From assembly GCA_021833245.1 (NCBI GenBank), contig JAKBGA010000001.1:7466-71465 (forward strand): 64,000 nucleotides of DNA. The letters are read 5' to 3'. Under the pieces are notes generated by a model. The model was not told the origin of the DNA. It saw only the letters and a program-made list of their open reading frames with translations, and did not search any database. Positions 10,280-20,662 of the stretch are shown here, one piece after another; position 1 is the stretch's first letter; each line of letters opens with the position of its first letter. The DNA is from a bacterium (lineage in GTDB: Bacteria > Patescibacteriota > Minisyncoccia > Phycocordibacterales > Phycocordibacteraceae). Position numbers and translations under genes: made by a program.

Positions 10280-11554
10280 CTAATATTCACGAAGTGAGAC
10301 TTGGGCATCAATTTTTTGCGCGAGGTCGAGCGCAACCTGAACTGCAATAAGGAGCGCAGTGCCACCCAAGACAAGTGTCGTTATGCCGGTGAGGCCTTGT
10401 ATAATCGAAGGTGCTACAGCAAGAAGACCGAGGAAACAGGCTCCGGGAAGCGTAACACGATTCACCACCTTGCCTATATATTCTTCAGTTTCACGGCCTG
10501 GGCGCACACCGGGGACAAATGCACCAGTCTTCTGAAGATTTTCTGCAACGCGCTTCGGTTCAAACGTCACTGCAGTATAAAAATAAGTAAATAGCACCAC
10601 GAGCAGGAAATAGATTGTACCGTACTTCCATGGATTTGAAAGAAATGCGGTGTACCACAGTGCCGCGCTTGTCGCGAATGAGATATGTAACGCTCCAAGC
10701 ATTGAGAGCGCCATCTGCGGCAAAAGCAAAAGCGACAATGCGAAAATGATAGGTATCACACCTGCTTGCAGGAGCCGGATCGGCAAATAAGTCGCCGCAC
10801 CTTGTGAAAGCGCCGCGCCGCGTACTGCTCGCGCATATGCGATTGGTATTGAGCGCTCGGCGTCAGAGACAACCACGACCGCGTAAATCATTGCAAGCGC
10901 GAGCAGTATAAATGCGAGATATGCTGGAATGTTTGCCGCGGTTGAGGCAAAAAGCGTTTCTGAAATGCCGGAAGGTACTCGTGCAAGGATACCCGCGAGA
11001 ATTATAAGCGATACACCGTTACCGATACCGAACTCGGTCACAAGTTCACCGAGCCACATGAGAAGCAAGGATCCTGCGGTAACAAGTGCGATATTCGCGA
11101 TAAGTGCTACAGAGCCAAGGTGGCTTATCACATTTTGACCTTCAAGCAGAAATAGGAAACCAACGGCCTGCAGAACGGCAATTGGTATGGTAAGAAGACG
11201 ACTCCATTCGATAAATTTCGCGCGACCAGCCTCACCTTCCTCAAAATATGCTTGCTTTACTTGTGGAAACACCATGGTACCAAGCTGCATAATTATTGAA
11301 GCAGTGATGTAGGGCCCAACGCCGAGCATCACGATTGAGAGCTGGGAAAGACCGCCTCCTGAGAATATGTTCAAAAGACCAAAAAATTGGTTGTTTGCGA
11401 AAAAAGAAGCGAGTGCAATACGGTTGACACCTGGAATCGGAATCGCCGCAAGCAAACGAAAAAGTGCGAGTGCGCCAATAAGAAAAAATATACGAAAACG
11501 GATCTCGTGATCACCAAAAGAAAGCTTGAGTTTACGAATAAAAGAATTAAGCAT
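10280..11554 (-). CDS. secY: Preprotein translocase SecY
   Basis: LGVGPYITASIIMQL, GIGNGVSLII, FVPGVRPG; start trimmed to MLNSF. Confidence 0.97.
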   Translation of the reverse strand: MLNSFIRKLKLSFGDHEIRFRIFFLIGALALFRLLAAIPIPGVNRIALASFFANNQFFGLLNIFSGGGLSQLSIVMLGVGPYITASIIMQLGTMVFPQVKQAYFEEGEAGRAKFIEWSRLLTIPIAVLQAVGFLFLLEGQNVISHLGSVALIANIALVTAGSLLLMWLGELVTEFGIGNGVSLIILAGILARVPSGISETLFASTAANIPAYLAFILLALAMIYAVVVVSDAERSIPIAYARAVRGAALSQGAATYLPIRLLQAGVIPIIFALSLLLLPQMALSMLGALHISFATSAALWYTAFLSNPWKYGTIYFLLVVLFTYFYTAVTFEPKRVAENLQKTGAFVPGVRPGRETEEYIGKVVNRVTLPGACFLGLLAVAPSIIQGLTGITTLVLGGTALLIAVQVALDLAQKIDAQVSLREY

Positions 11555-11999
11555 GGATGGTACCGAGAGCGGCAAGAAGTACGGTACGTGCAGCAGTAGA
11601 TACATCGCATCCCTCAATAATGAGAGCCTTCGTGAGAATACCAGTGCCGAGAATTTTAACGATTGGTGTACGCCCTTTTGCGCGGCGAACAAGCCCCTTC
11701 GCAAGAAGAGTCTTAGGTGAGACCATTTCACCAGTTTCGTAGGCAGCTTCAAGAACAGAAACATTCACAACAGAAGTCGGTATTCGATTCGTCCGAACTG
11801 TACGTGCACGATTTTTCCCGTAACCCCGACGCTTGGGGACTTTCTTTATGAAATCGCGAGCTTCTGGACGAATCTTGTGTCCAGCACGCGCAGTCTGTCC
11901 CTTGCCACCTCGTCCGCTCGTTTTGCCACGTTTACCACCTCGTCCAACGGGTGGATTTTTTTTATTTCTTTTGTGTGGAGAAAGTGTATGGAGTTGCAT
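11547..11999 (-). CDS. rplO: 50S ribosomal protein L15
   Basis: GRGGKRGKTSGRGGKGQTAR, VKILGTG. Confidence 0.96.
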   Translation of the reverse strand: MQLHTLSPHKRNKKNPPVGRGGKRGKTSGRGGKGQTARAGHKIRPEARDFIKKVPKRRGYGKNRARTVRTNRIPTSVVNVSVLEAAYETGEMVSPKTLLAKGLVRRAKGRTPIVKILGTGILTKALIIEGCDVSTAARTVLLAALGTIHA

Positions 12000-12017
12000 A
12001 TATATTATGTATAGAGA

Positions 12018-12656
12018 TTATTTTGCACGAAGCTTTTTCAAGGCAACAACAGTTGCGCGCGCAATAGTGAGTTTATTCTTAGAGCGTGTGTGAATTTTTG
12101 TTACAACGTCCGTTACGCCAGCGAGATCGAGCACCGTACGTACCGCCGACCCAGCAACGAGTCCACGACCTTCAGAGGGAATAATCTCAACCGTCGAAGA
12201 CGCGTATTTCGCTAAAACCTGATGTGGGATCGATCCTGAGGATGCGCGTGGAACCGTAAAAAGATGTTTCTTTGCGTCACGCATCGCTTTATCTATAGCA
12301 AGAGCGGTATCAACGCCCTTCCCTAAACCTACTCCAACGCGACCTTTCCGGTCACCGATAATTACCACAAGACTAAAGTTAAAACGACGGCCGCCGGCCA
12401 TTACGCGCGCTACACGTCGCGCATCAATCGTTACCTGTTCAAACTCGCCACGTTCACGTTGTGGACGACCGCGTCCACCGCTAGCACGTGGCGCGCGACC
12501 CCGTAGAGACACACGGCCGCCAGCACGCGCGGACGACACGCGTGCTGCGGACGCGCTGGTCTCAGCAGCGGTAGAAATTGTCTCAACGACTACCTCCTCC
12601 GCCACCGGTGGCATACCTTCTGCATCTTGTGTGGTCTTTTGTTCCGAAATAGTCAT
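12018..12656 (-). CDS. rpsE: 30S ribosomal protein S5 (N-terminal extension)
   Basis: RVARVMAGGRRFNFS, GRVGVGLGK. Confidence 0.96.
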   Translation of the reverse strand: MTISEQKTTQDAEGMPPVAEEVVVETISTAAETSASAARVSSARAGGRVSLRGRAPRASGGRGRPQRERGEFEQVTIDARRVARVMAGGRRFNFSLVVIIGDRKGRVGVGLGKGVDTALAIDKAMRDAKKHLFTVPRASSGSIPHQVLAKYASSTVEIIPSEGRGLVAGSAVRTVLDLAGVTDVVTKIHTRSKNKLTIARATVVALKKLRAK

Positions 12657-12667
12657 AGAGAGGTATA

Positions 12668-13018
12668 TTAGAAAACGAGACCGCCAGCGCGTGCAGCATT
12701 CGCAAGCACCTTAACCTGGCCATTATAATGATAACCACCGCGGTCGAAAACAATCGTTATAATACCAGCCGCCTTTGCCTTCTTTGCTATCATGGCGCCA
12801 ACGGATATGGCTTGTTCCGTTTGCGACCCATTAAACTCACGTCCGTGTGCTGCGGCAACCGTTTTCCCAACAACATCATCAATGAGTTGTGCGGAAACGT
12901 ACCGATTACTTCGGTATACTACGAGTCGCGGGCGTTCCGCTGTCCCTTTAATAAGGGCACGTATTCGCGCATGACGACGTTTACGAAATTCGCTGGTTGA
13001 TGTGGGTTTACGATTCAT
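12668..13018 (-). CDS. rplR: 50S ribosomal protein L18
   Basis: RPRLVVYRSN, VFDRGGYHYNG. Confidence 0.96.
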   Translation of the reverse strand: MNRKPTSTSEFRKRRHARIRALIKGTAERPRLVVYRSNRYVSAQLIDDVVGKTVAAAHGREFNGSQTEQAISVGAMIAKKAKAAGIITIVFDRGGYHYNGQVKVLANAARAGGLVF

Positions 13019-13027
13019 AAGTTATGT

Positions 13028-13558
13028 TTAGAGCGCCTTTTTGCCCTGCTTACGACGAATAACTTCATTATCATAACGAATACCCTTCCCGAGATACGGT
13101 TCTGGTGGTTTTACACGTCTGATATTTGCGGCAAATTGCCCAACCGAATCCTTGTTTGTGCTCTCGAGCTTAATAGCGTTCTTCTCAACTGTCGCTGTGA
13201 TACCTTCTGGTATCACAAGTGGCACTGTGTGCGAGAAACCGACCGAAAGTACTATCTCCTTCCCTTTTACTTCCATTTTATAACCAACGCCCTCGAGAAT
13301 GAGTTTTTTCACGTACGGTGTTTCGACTCCCGTAATCATGTTTTTAACGTGCGACGCGAAAGTTCCGGTAAGTTGTTTAGCGAGGCGAGATCGGTCTCTT
13401 GGCGTGACCAAAACTCCGGTCGGTTCAATAGCAATTTCAATCGAAGGGTGTATGCGTTTGGTCAGCGTTCCCTTGGAACCCTTGACTGTCAGCACACCTC
13501 CAGTCACTGAAACATCAGTCTTCCCTACTGCTATTGGTTTTTTCGCAAGTCGGCTCAT
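13028..13558 (-). CDS. rplF: 50S ribosomal protein L6
   Basis: MSRLAKKPI, PPEPYLGKGIRY. Confidence 0.96.
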   Translation of the reverse strand: MSRLAKKPIAVGKTDVSVTGGVLTVKGSKGTLTKRIHPSIEIAIEPTGVLVTPRDRSRLAKQLTGTFASHVKNMITGVETPYVKKLILEGVGYKMEVKGKEIVLSVGFSHTVPLVIPEGITATVEKNAIKLESTNKDSVGQFAANIRRVKPPEPYLGKGIRYDNEVIRRKQGKKAL

Positions 13559-13575
13559 GGTGAATATGTCTTGTA

Positions 13576-13974
13576 TTACCAAATCTCGAAAAGCTCTTCG
13601 CCGCCAATATGATTCTTGCGCGCGTCAGCGTCTGAGATAACGCCCACTGGGCTCGAAATAATGCGTGCTCCTGTACCACCCTTCACACGATGTACGGCAG
13701 TATAAGGTGCATAGAGTCGACGCCCGGGCTTACTTATACGTTTTACGCCGCGTAACTTTGCCCGATCATGTTCATCGTATGTAAGTGTTACGATAAGTGT
13801 TTTTTGGGGACCATCCTCTATGTCAACCTCAGTGGTCATTAAAAATCCGAGCTCTTTGAGTTTCTTCGCGATGGCAGCAATGTGTGCGGAATATGGCACC
13901 GATACTTCACGCTTACCGATGTGGGCAGCATTTTGGAGACGTATGATGAAGTCACCGACGCGGTCGTTTACCAT
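13576..13974 (-). CDS. rpsH: 30S ribosomal protein S8
   Basis: [25 protein letters not shown]. Confidence 0.96.
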   Translation of the reverse strand: MVNDRVGDFIIRLQNAAHIGKREVSVPYSAHIAAIAKKLKELGFLMTTEVDIEDGPQKTLIVTLTYDEHDRAKLRGVKRISKPGRRLYAPYTAVHRVKGGTGARIISSPVGVISDADARKNHIGGEELFEIW

Positions 13975-14237
13975 GATGCTTTCTTAATGCCCGGAATCTT
14001 ACCTTCTCGCGCAAGTTCTCTGAATTGGATGCGCGAAAGACCGAATGTTCGCATGTAACCGCGCGAACGGCCAGTAATTGAGCAGCGATTTTTCAGACGC
14101 ACAGGGGAAGAATTTCTCGGAAGCTTCTGAAGACCCGCAGAATCGCCAACCAGCTTCAAAGCTGCACGCTTTGCAGCGTACTTCTTCACGAGTTTCGCCT
14201 TCTTTGCATATCTTGCCAGCTGAGATCTTTTTGCCAT
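13968..14237 (-). CDS. rpsN: 30S ribosomal protein S14, Zn-independent 89-aa form
   Basis: [32 protein letters not shown]; only one Cys. Confidence 0.96.
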   Translation of the reverse strand: MAKRSQLARYAKKAKLVKKYAAKRAALKLVGDSAGLQKLPRNSSPVRLKNRCSITGRSRGYMRTFGLSRIQFRELAREGKIPGIKKASW

Positions 14238-14267
14238 AAAAAATAAAGCTCCGAAGAGCGTATGAGT

Positions 14268-14296
14268 ACTGTATCACTCCATATCTACGCCGTCAA
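14268..14296 (-). promoter_or_regulatory. sigma70-type promoter restarting the spc operon at rpsN
   Basis: TTGACG-17 bp-TACAGT. Confidence 0.7.
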
Positions 14297-14742
14297 ACAT
14301 TTGTGCGAATCCGGTACTTTTGAGTATTTTCGCTCTGGTAATTTACCAAAAATAACGCAATAGAGACACGAGTTCAAGGCTCAATGCGGACCAATGGATG
14401 GTTTTATACCTATACCATGAAAGAGAATCCATCAACTTCTTGTTGAAGAGGTCAGTACTATGGGGAATACGGCGAACGGTGATATGTGATGAACATATCG
14501 AAGAAAGTGCAATAAACCACACGATCTCAGTATTCTGTTTGGTAGAGTGCTAATACGTGTTGAAGGTGCATATATCTCACCGATTAATAAGCGCCGTACA
14601 GAAATGAGTGATTGTCAGTGATGCACAAAATAGTGAGACGCGAGACATATGCAGGAGACGAAAAGCCCAATAACCTATTGTTCTCAATATTCTGCAATTA
14701 TATTCTTATAAACTACAAATTACCTTGAAGACCCTATATAGA

Positions 14743-15297
14743 CTATTTCTTAGCCGTACTCGGTTCAGCTATAAGCGGCATGCCGATGTGACGAAAAAAA
14801 GCTTCAGCTTCAGCCTTCGTATGCGCCGTGGTAACAATGGTGACAGCGAAACCGAAGACATCCTTTAGGTCTTCATCGGAAGTCTCTGGAAAAATCGTAT
14901 GTTCTTTGACGCCAATAGTGAGGTTACCCATATCATCGATCGCTTTCGCAGAAAGACCGCGAAAATCACGCGTGCGTGGAAGCGCAACGTGAATAAGCTT
15001 ATCAAGAAAATCGAACATACGTGCACCTCGGAGCGTTACTTGCAGGCCGACTGTATCGCCCGCACGCACTTTGAAGGAAGCAATGGAAATGCGCGCGGGG
15101 CGCGAAGACGGTTTTTGCCCCGTAATTCTCGCGAGACGGTTTTCGATAATCTCGACTTGTTTTTTATCACGCTTTTTCCCTACACCAGAAGAGACGATCA
15201 TCTTAAGAACACGAGGGCTCTGCATCGGACTCGTGTAGCCAAAGATTTCCTTGAGGGCGAGATATGCTGTTTGTTGTTTTTGTTTGGTAAGAGACAT
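14743..15297 (-). CDS. rplE: 50S ribosomal protein L5
   Basis: ITGQKP, VTLRG, ALPRTRDFRGL, IFPE. Confidence 0.97.
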   Translation of the reverse strand: MSLTKQKQQTAYLALKEIFGYTSPMQSPRVLKMIVSSGVGKKRDKKQVEIIENRLARITGQKPSSRPARISIASFKVRAGDTVGLQVTLRGARMFDFLDKLIHVALPRTRDFRGLSAKAIDDMGNLTIGVKEHTIFPETSDEDLKDVFGFAVTIVTTAHTKAEAEAFFRHIGMPLIAEPSTAKK

Positions 15298-15300
15298 GTT

Positions 15301-15519
15301 TTATTTTTCCATTCGCTTTACATTTGACACATGGATCGGCCTAGACTTCTCAACGATACGTCCAACTTTCCCCGTGCCACCTTTTAAGTGACGTTTATAT
15401 AACGCCACACCCTCGACTATAATCTTATCCTCGCGAGGGAAAGCACGCATAATAACACCGGACTTGCCCTTGTCTTTCCCTGTTATTATTTGCACCTTAT
15501 CTCCTTTTTTTACATGCAT
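15301..15519 (-). CDS. rplX: 50S ribosomal protein L24 (short)
   Basis: [19 protein letters not shown] motif, PIHVSNV. Confidence 0.93.
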   Translation of the reverse strand: MHVKKGDKVQIITGKDKGKSGVIMRAFPREDKIIVEGVALYKRHLKGGTGKVGRIVEKSRPIHVSNVKRMEK

Positions 15520-15542
15520 ATATAAAGAAATTAACGTAATGA

Positions 15543-15920
15543 CTATACGACTTCTGGCGCTAAGGAAACGATGGAATGCCAACCACGCTCGGACAACTCA
15601 CGTGGCACAGGACCAAAGATACGATTCCCCTTGGGCCCCATTTCCTTACCCTGTTTCTCGATGAGAACGACTGCGTTCTCATCGAAACGAACATATGAGC
15701 CATCCTTACGTGCAAAAGGTTTTGTCTGTCGAACAACAACGGCACGATAGATGTCCTTTTTCTTAACTGCCTTGCGTGGTTCAGCGGTCTGAATGGAAAT
15801 AACAACAACATCCCCAATGCCAGCGTAACGACGTTTGGATCCGCCAAGTACTTTGAAAACTCTAGCGAATTTACCGCCAGAATTATCCGCAACTGCCACG
15901 ATAGATCGGTCCTGTAACAT
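15543..15920 (-). CDS. rplN: 50S ribosomal protein L14
   Basis: [31 protein letters not shown]. Confidence 0.97.
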   Translation of the reverse strand: MLQDRSIVAVADNSGGKFARVFKVLGGSKRRYAGIGDVVVISIQTAEPRKAVKKKDIYRAVVVRQTKPFARKDGSYVRFDENAVVLIEKQGKEMGPKGNRIFGPVPRELSERGWHSIVSLAPEVV

Positions 15921-15922
15921 AC

Positions 15923-16186
15923 TCAATTACCAATAATTACTTTCTCATTAATAATACGGAAGTGTTTTGATTTTGAGATCGGCCGCGTTGCCACTATAGT
16001 AACCGTATCACCAACTTGCACCGTGTTGCCGGGATTGTGCACAAGATATTTCTTAGATCGCACAAGATATTTCTTGTACTTAACATTTTTCACGTAACGA
16101 TCAACCTTGACGGTTGCCGTATCTTTCATCGCTGTCTTAACAACGACGCCGACAAATGACTGGGGGCGAGTAATTTTTTGTTCCAT
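15923..16186 (-). CDS. rpsQ: 30S ribosomal protein S17
   Basis: GVVV..MKDT, GDTVTI..TRPISKSK. Confidence 0.95.
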   Translation of the reverse strand: MEQKITRPQSFVGVVVKTAMKDTATVKVDRYVKNVKYKKYLVRSKKYLVHNPGNTVQVGDTVTIVATRPISKSKHFRIINEKVIIGN

Positions 16187-16192
16187 ACGATT

Positions 16193-16393
16193 TTAGACGG
16201 ATTTCAGCACACGAATATGTTGTTCGGTCAGTACGCGAGCAATCGTTGCGCGCAGTCTTCGTGCAGCGTTCGGATTCTTGGCGCGTGCACCAGCTGCAGA
16301 AAAACGCTCGGCGCGAAGCAGGGCACGCGTCTCAATAAGAAGCTTATTGAGTTCCTGGTCAGTTTTCATTGTCATATTATCTCTTTTTGTCAT
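16193..16393 (-). CDS. rpmC: 50S ribosomal protein L29
   Basis: RRLRATIARVLT; operon position. Confidence 0.88.
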   Translation of the reverse strand: MTKRDNMTMKTDQELNKLLIETRALLRAERFSAAGARAKNPNAARRLRATIARVLTEQHIRVLKSV

Positions 16394-16414
16394 ACAAATA
16401 CTATAAAAGCAAAT

Positions 16415-16834
16415 TTAACGTGCAATGATTGCAGTTTTTATTGGCAGTTTCATACCTGCTTGCCGCAAATATGCACGAGCAATATTCTCAGGGACCCCAT
16501 CGATCTCGAAGAGGATACGTCCAGGGCGTACCTCAAACACGTAATGCTTCGGATCACCCTTACCGCTACCCATGCCAACTTCAGCTGGCTTTGCGGTCAC
16601 TGGACGATCAGGAAAAATGCGGATGGAAAGTTTTCCTGTTTTTGCAGTCGCACGTGTAAGTACCTTACGTACTGACTCGATCTGATTACTAGTCACACGC
16701 GCACTCGAGAGCGCCTTAAGTCCAAATGAGCCAAAAACAATAGTTGTGCCACGCGTATCTGGACGATTCAAACGTTTTGCGCTCTTGCGCTGAGTCTGCC
16801 ATTTACGATGTTTTACTTTTTTAGGAAATAACAT
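16415..16834 (-). CDS. rplP: 50S ribosomal protein L16
   Basis: MLFPKKVKHRK, IRIFPD, GMGSGKG. Confidence 0.97.
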   Translation of the reverse strand: MLFPKKVKHRKWQTQRKSAKRLNRPDTRGTTIVFGSFGLKALSSARVTSNQIESVRKVLTRATAKTGKLSIRIFPDRPVTAKPAEVGMGSGKGDPKHYVFEVRPGRILFEIDGVPENIARAYLRQAGMKLPIKTAIIAR

Positions 16835-16843
16835 ACAAAAATA

Positions 16844-17548
16844 TTATCCACGAGAAGGCGCCCCCTCCTGTATACGAACCGAAGTTTTCTTCTCCTGGTA
16901 TACGTTACCTCGGTAAATCCACACCTTAATACCAATAACACCGTAAGGTAAATACGCCTGTTCATGTGCAAAATCTATATCTGCACGGAACGTTTGTAGT
17001 GGAATACGACCCTTCTTAAGCTCCTCTTTACGGCTCATTTCCGCTCCGCCAAGCCTTCCTGAAATTGCGATACGCACTCCCTCAACCTCACGCACGGCTA
17101 TAACCTTTTCTATCGTCTGTTTAAGTACCCGACGAAATGGCATGCGCTTCTCGAGCCCTTCAGCAACCATGTAGGCAACTACGGAGGCGTCCGTTTCAGG
17201 TTGTCGTACTTCAACGATATCGAATTTGAGAGTTCGACGGTCGGTCGGCGCAATACGGCGCACAAGATTCAAGAGTTCTGTGCGCAACTTGGCCGCGTTT
17301 TCACCAGAACGTCCAATAACGAGTCCGGGACGTCCGGTGGAAAGGACAACGCGTAATTCGTTTGCTGAACGCTCAATCTCGACGCCACTTGTATAAGTAC
17401 CACGCAAACGTTTCGTTAGGAAACGACGAATTAATTCATCTACCTTTATATTCTCGCGGTAACTTTTCTTATCCACAGCAAACCAACGACTTTTCCAGTC
17501 TCTGATGATACCGAGACGGTGCGCATAGGGATGTACGGTGTGCGTCAT
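16844..17548 (-). CDS. rpsC: 30S ribosomal protein S3
   Basis: HPYAHRLG, PGLVIG, GRIPLQTFRADID. Confidence 0.97.
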   Translation of the reverse strand: MTHTVHPYAHRLGIIRDWKSRWFAVDKKSYRENIKVDELIRRFLTKRLRGTYTSGVEIERSANELRVVLSTGRPGLVIGRSGENAAKLRTELLNLVRRIAPTDRRTLKFDIVEVRQPETDASVVAYMVAEGLEKRMPFRRVLKQTIEKVIAVREVEGVRIAISGRLGGAEMSRKEELKKGRIPLQTFRADIDFAHEQAYLPYGVIGIKVWIYRGNVYQEKKTSVRIQEGAPSRG

Positions 17549-17558
17549 AATTCTAAAT

Positions 17559-17879
17559 TTAAACGAGTGTGACTTTCACACGACTTTTCCGACGGCGGAT
17601 GAGTGAGGCGCGACCGAAAGCACGAGGCATATATTTTTTCAATATGCCAGCATTTTCAACCGTAATTGACTGTACTGTCATTTCATTAGGATCCTTACCT
17701 TTTTCCTTTGCATTCGCCGCCGCACTCCTGATAAGTTTCTCAATGGGTTCAGCTGCACGCTTCGGAAGAAACTGAAGAATCGTGAGCGCTGCCGGGATTT
17801 TCTTTCCTTTCACGAGATCCGTAACGAGACGGACTTTGCGCGGTGTTTGATTATAACTCTGGAGAATTGCTTGTGTCAT
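17559..17879 (-). CDS. rplV: 50S ribosomal protein L22
   Basis: PRKVRLV, SAAANA, PRAFGRA. Confidence 0.96.
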   Translation of the reverse strand: MTQAILQSYNQTPRKVRLVTDLVKGKKIPAALTILQFLPKRAAEPIEKLIRSAAANAKEKGKDPNEMTVQSITVENAGILKKYMPRAFGRASLIRRRKSRVKVTLV

Positions 17880-17888
17880 ACAAAAATA

Positions 17889-18233
17889 TTACTTCGCGGT
17901 AGACGTAACAGATGTCTTTGCCGCCTTTGCTGAAGCAATCTCTGCCTTCTGCTTCTTCTGCTCCATTTCTTTCTGCATCTTGCCTCCATGACGAATAAAC
18001 TTTTTAGTTGATGAAAATTCACCGAGACGATGCCCGACCATTTCCTCGGAAACAAGTACCTCGAGATGCTGTTTACCATTATGAACGCCAAAAGTAAATC
18101 CAATCATGTCGGGGCTTATTTGACTTCGGCGTGCCCACGTCTTAATAACGCCTGCCGATGCAGGTTTCGCATTCAAGACCTTCTTCAGGAGCTTAGCATC
18201 CACGAAAGGTCCTTTTTTAAGTGAGCGAGCCAT
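17889..18233 (-). CDS. rpsS: 30S ribosomal protein S19
   Basis: [26 protein letters not shown]. Confidence 0.97.
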   Translation of the reverse strand: MARSLKKGPFVDAKLLKKVLNAKPASAGVIKTWARRSQISPDMIGFTFGVHNGKQHLEVLVSEEMVGHRLGEFSSTKKFIRHGGKMQKEMEQKKQKAEIASAKAAKTSVTSTAK

Positions 18234-18273
18234 GTGAAGTAATGAAAAGCCCGCGCAAGCGCGAGACAAGTAA

Positions 18274-18302
18274 AAGATACAGGAATGTTGCAAACCCGTC
18301 AA
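18274..18302 (-). promoter_or_regulatory. sigma70-type promoter restarting the S10 operon at rpsS
   Basis: TTGACG-17 bp-TATCTT. Confidence 0.7.
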
Positions 18303-18387
18303 ATATTTGTATTCGTCTACACAATACCTGTCCATATACAATATTAATTGTGTACGCTACATCACCTTTTGGATATACTTATAATGT

Positions 18388-19101
18388 GTGAGAAAACTTG
18401 CAATAAGTACTGTCGCAATTACCCTCGTCATCCTTGTCGGGATCGGGCTTTATTTGTCAGTAAAGCCCATATCCACAAAAACACCAGAGGTTACCTTACC
18501 CGTGGGAGGAAGTTACAGTGAACATACAAAATATTACGATATCGCTACGAATTATCCGGTAACCACGTCACTCGCTGGAACCGCAAACGGTCCTGCACTC
18601 GTACTAATACGAAGTTTTATCGGCCAAACCATAAAACAGTTCAAAACTAGTTTCACTGCCTTTGCTCGGGGGCGTAAGAGCGCGCTCCAGATCACCTATC
18701 TCATCGGTTCCTCTATAAACACACTCTCGTACATATTTACCGTCTATGAAAATATCGGTGGAACACACAGCATGTTTTTCCACACATTTGTGTTCGATAC
18801 CACAACTGGACAGAATCTTTCACTCGCAGATCTCTTTCTACCTGGCACCCATTACCTAGACACACTCTCCCAGATAAGCCGTGCTGAATTGCCAACTGTC
18901 ATCGGTATCGGTGCAACAGACCTCGCTACCATCACCAGCGGCACGAAACCATACGAGAAAAATTTTTCGGACTTCTTTTTTGATAACAATGACTTCGTTC
19001 TTCTGTTCCCACCTTATCAAGTAGCCTCCTATGCGGCAGGTCCACAAACATTGCGTATACCACTTCAGAAACTTTCCAGTATTCTGAAATCAAAATATTA
19101 A
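18388..19101 (+). CDS. Membrane-anchored DUF3298/RsiV-like protein, opposite strand, inside the S10 operon
   Basis: N-terminal TM; GGTH, FD..TG..LSLADLF, FPPYQVASYAAG motifs. Confidence 0.75.
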   Translation: MRKLAISTVAITLVILVGIGLYLSVKPISTKTPEVTLPVGGSYSEHTKYYDIATNYPVTTSLAGTANGPALVLIRSFIGQTIKQFKTSFTAFARGRKSALQITYLIGSSINTLSYIFTVYENIGGTHSMFFHTFVFDTTTGQNLSLADLFLPGTHYLDTLSQISRAELPTVIGIGATDLATITSGTKPYEKNFSDFFFDNNDFVLLFPPYQVASYAAGPQTLRIPLQKLSSILKSKY

Positions 19102-19105
19102 ACAC

Positions 19106-19131
19106 AGAATCCCCGTCTGGACGAGGATTCT
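19106..19131. terminator. Hairpin between convergent inserted genes
   Basis: agaatcc-cgtc..gacg-ggattct. Confidence 0.55.
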
Positions 19132-19150
19132 TAAATTCTAGAGAATTTTT

Positions 19151-19363
19151 TTACTTTTCTTCTTGAAAAGACGGCTCAGAACCTGTTTCAAGAGATCTCA
19201 AATAACAGCGGGCATCCGGTCTGCAGTGATAAATGAAAACCGTTATTTTTTTTTCATCTTCTACGCTAATCTCAGTATATCCGTCTTTTAGAGCAACTTC
19301 TTTCCGACATGCTGAAGATGCACATACTATTACTCTTTCAAGAGCAAGGGTGAGTACGTTCAT
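19151..19363 (-). CDS. Small hypothetical protein, possible Zn finger
   Basis: C-x4-C and HC-x5-C; SD GGAGGGG; extended -10 TGcTATCCT upstream. Confidence 0.55.
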   Translation of the reverse strand: MNVLTLALERVIVCASSACRKEVALKDGYTEISVEDEKKITVFIYHCRPDARCYLRSLETGSEPSFQEEK

Positions 19364-19426
19364 GGCAATACCCCTCCATGTCTACCTTCTACGGATTAAG
19401 GATAGCACCAAATTTAAGGACTGAAT

Positions 19427-20275
19427 TTAACCATTGCGCTTCTTGCCAACTTTACGACGTGAAATTATAAATGTATTTGAATACTTTTTTGGAGTACGTG
19501 TTTTTTGACCCTTGCCCGAGGGTTTACCCCACATGGTCTTCGCGCGGCGCAATCCACGACCTTGTTTACCTTCGCCGCCACCGTGCGGGTGATCAACGGG
19601 ATTCATAGCGGTACCGCGAACTGTGGGACGAATACCCATCCAGCGACTACGACCAGCTTTGCCAATAACGACTAGATTATATTCTTCGTTACCAACAGTA
19701 CCGACACTTGCCCACGCGAGATCCGATATTTTGCGTATCTCAGTTGATGGAAGTTTTAGCTGTGCATAACCTGCATCATGCGCAACTACTTCGGCAAAAT
19801 TTCCTGCGGAACGGACAAGACGTGCTCCAGCACCAGGTGAAATCTCAATATTATAGACGAAAGTACCCACCGGTATCGAACCGAGCGGAAGGCGGTTACC
19901 CAAAGCAATCGGTGCGTCGGCAGAAACGATAAAAGAATCGCCGACTTTCATTGCTTTTGGCAAGACAACGTAACGCCGCGCGCCATCCCGATAAAGCACA
20001 AGTCCGATGAATGCAGAACGGAATGGATCATACTCAATGGTTTCAATTTTTGCCGGTATATTTTTTTTATCATAGTAAAAGTCCACATCACGCAACCGAC
20101 GCTTGTGACCACCGCCCTGGTGGCGCGTAGTGATGCGGCCAAAAGCGTTTCGACCACCTTGCCGTTTCTTTTTTTTCAATAAAGGTTTGTATGGTACATC
20201 ACCGGAAAGAAGCTCCTTGTATGGGAGTGTGGTCATAAAACGACGACTTTTTGTGGTTGGACGATAGGATTTCAT
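19427..20275 (-). CDS. rplB: 50S ribosomal protein L2
   Basis: IEYDP.RSA, RGTAMNPVDHPHGGGEG. Confidence 0.98.
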   Translation of the reverse strand: MKSYRPTTKSRRFMTTLPYKELLSGDVPYKPLLKKKKRQGGRNAFGRITTRHQGGGHKRRLRDVDFYYDKKNIPAKIETIEYDPFRSAFIGLVLYRDGARRYVVLPKAMKVGDSFIVSADAPIALGNRLPLGSIPVGTFVYNIEISPGAGARLVRSAGNFAEVVAHDAGYAQLKLPSTEIRKISDLAWASVGTVGNEEYNLVVIGKAGRSRWMGIRPTVRGTAMNPVDHPHGGGEGKQGRGLRRAKTMWGKPSGKGQKTRTPKKYSNTFIISRRKVGKKRNG

Positions 20276-20281
20276 AAAATT

Positions 20282-20656
20282 TTAAGCAAATTGTATGCTG
20301 TCACCATCAGCAAGATAGACGTAGGCCTTATGGCGTGATGTTCTGGAGCCCTCGCCACGCCGAGTGCGTAATGCTTTGTGCTTCGCTGGAAGATTAACAA
20401 TATGCACCTTACGCGGCTCTACATTATAAATCTCTTTGAGAGCACCTGCGATTTCGGCCTTCGTCGCACGTGCAGGGACCTCGAACGTATAGACTCCCTT
20501 TTCGGTCATGATAAGTGCCTTTTCGGAAAACCATGGCGCATGAATTACATTATGCGCAGTCCCGTTAGTGGGCGTCGTGCTACGTACACGATGTGTGCGC
20601 GTGGCTTTACCTTTCTTCTCTTTCTTATTTTTCACTGTAGTACCAAAAATTGCCAT
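20282..20656 (-). CDS. rplW: 50S ribosomal protein L23
   Basis: SEKA, YTFEV..ATKAEI, KAYVYL. Confidence 0.94.
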   Translation of the reverse strand: MAIFGTTVKNKKEKKGKATRTHRVRSTTPTNGTAHNVIHAPWFSEKALIMTEKGVYTFEVPARATKAEIAGALKEIYNVEPRKVHIVNLPAKHKALRTRRGEGSRTSRHKAYVYLADGDSIQFA

Positions 20657-20662
20657 AGTAAT

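Noticed and set aside
11999-12018. Missing rpmD (L30) as a novelty
   Set aside because: Established CPR trait; used only as a taxonomic clue
17469-17477. Perfect DnaA box inside rpsC
   Set aside because: Isolated, within coding sequence, plausible by chance
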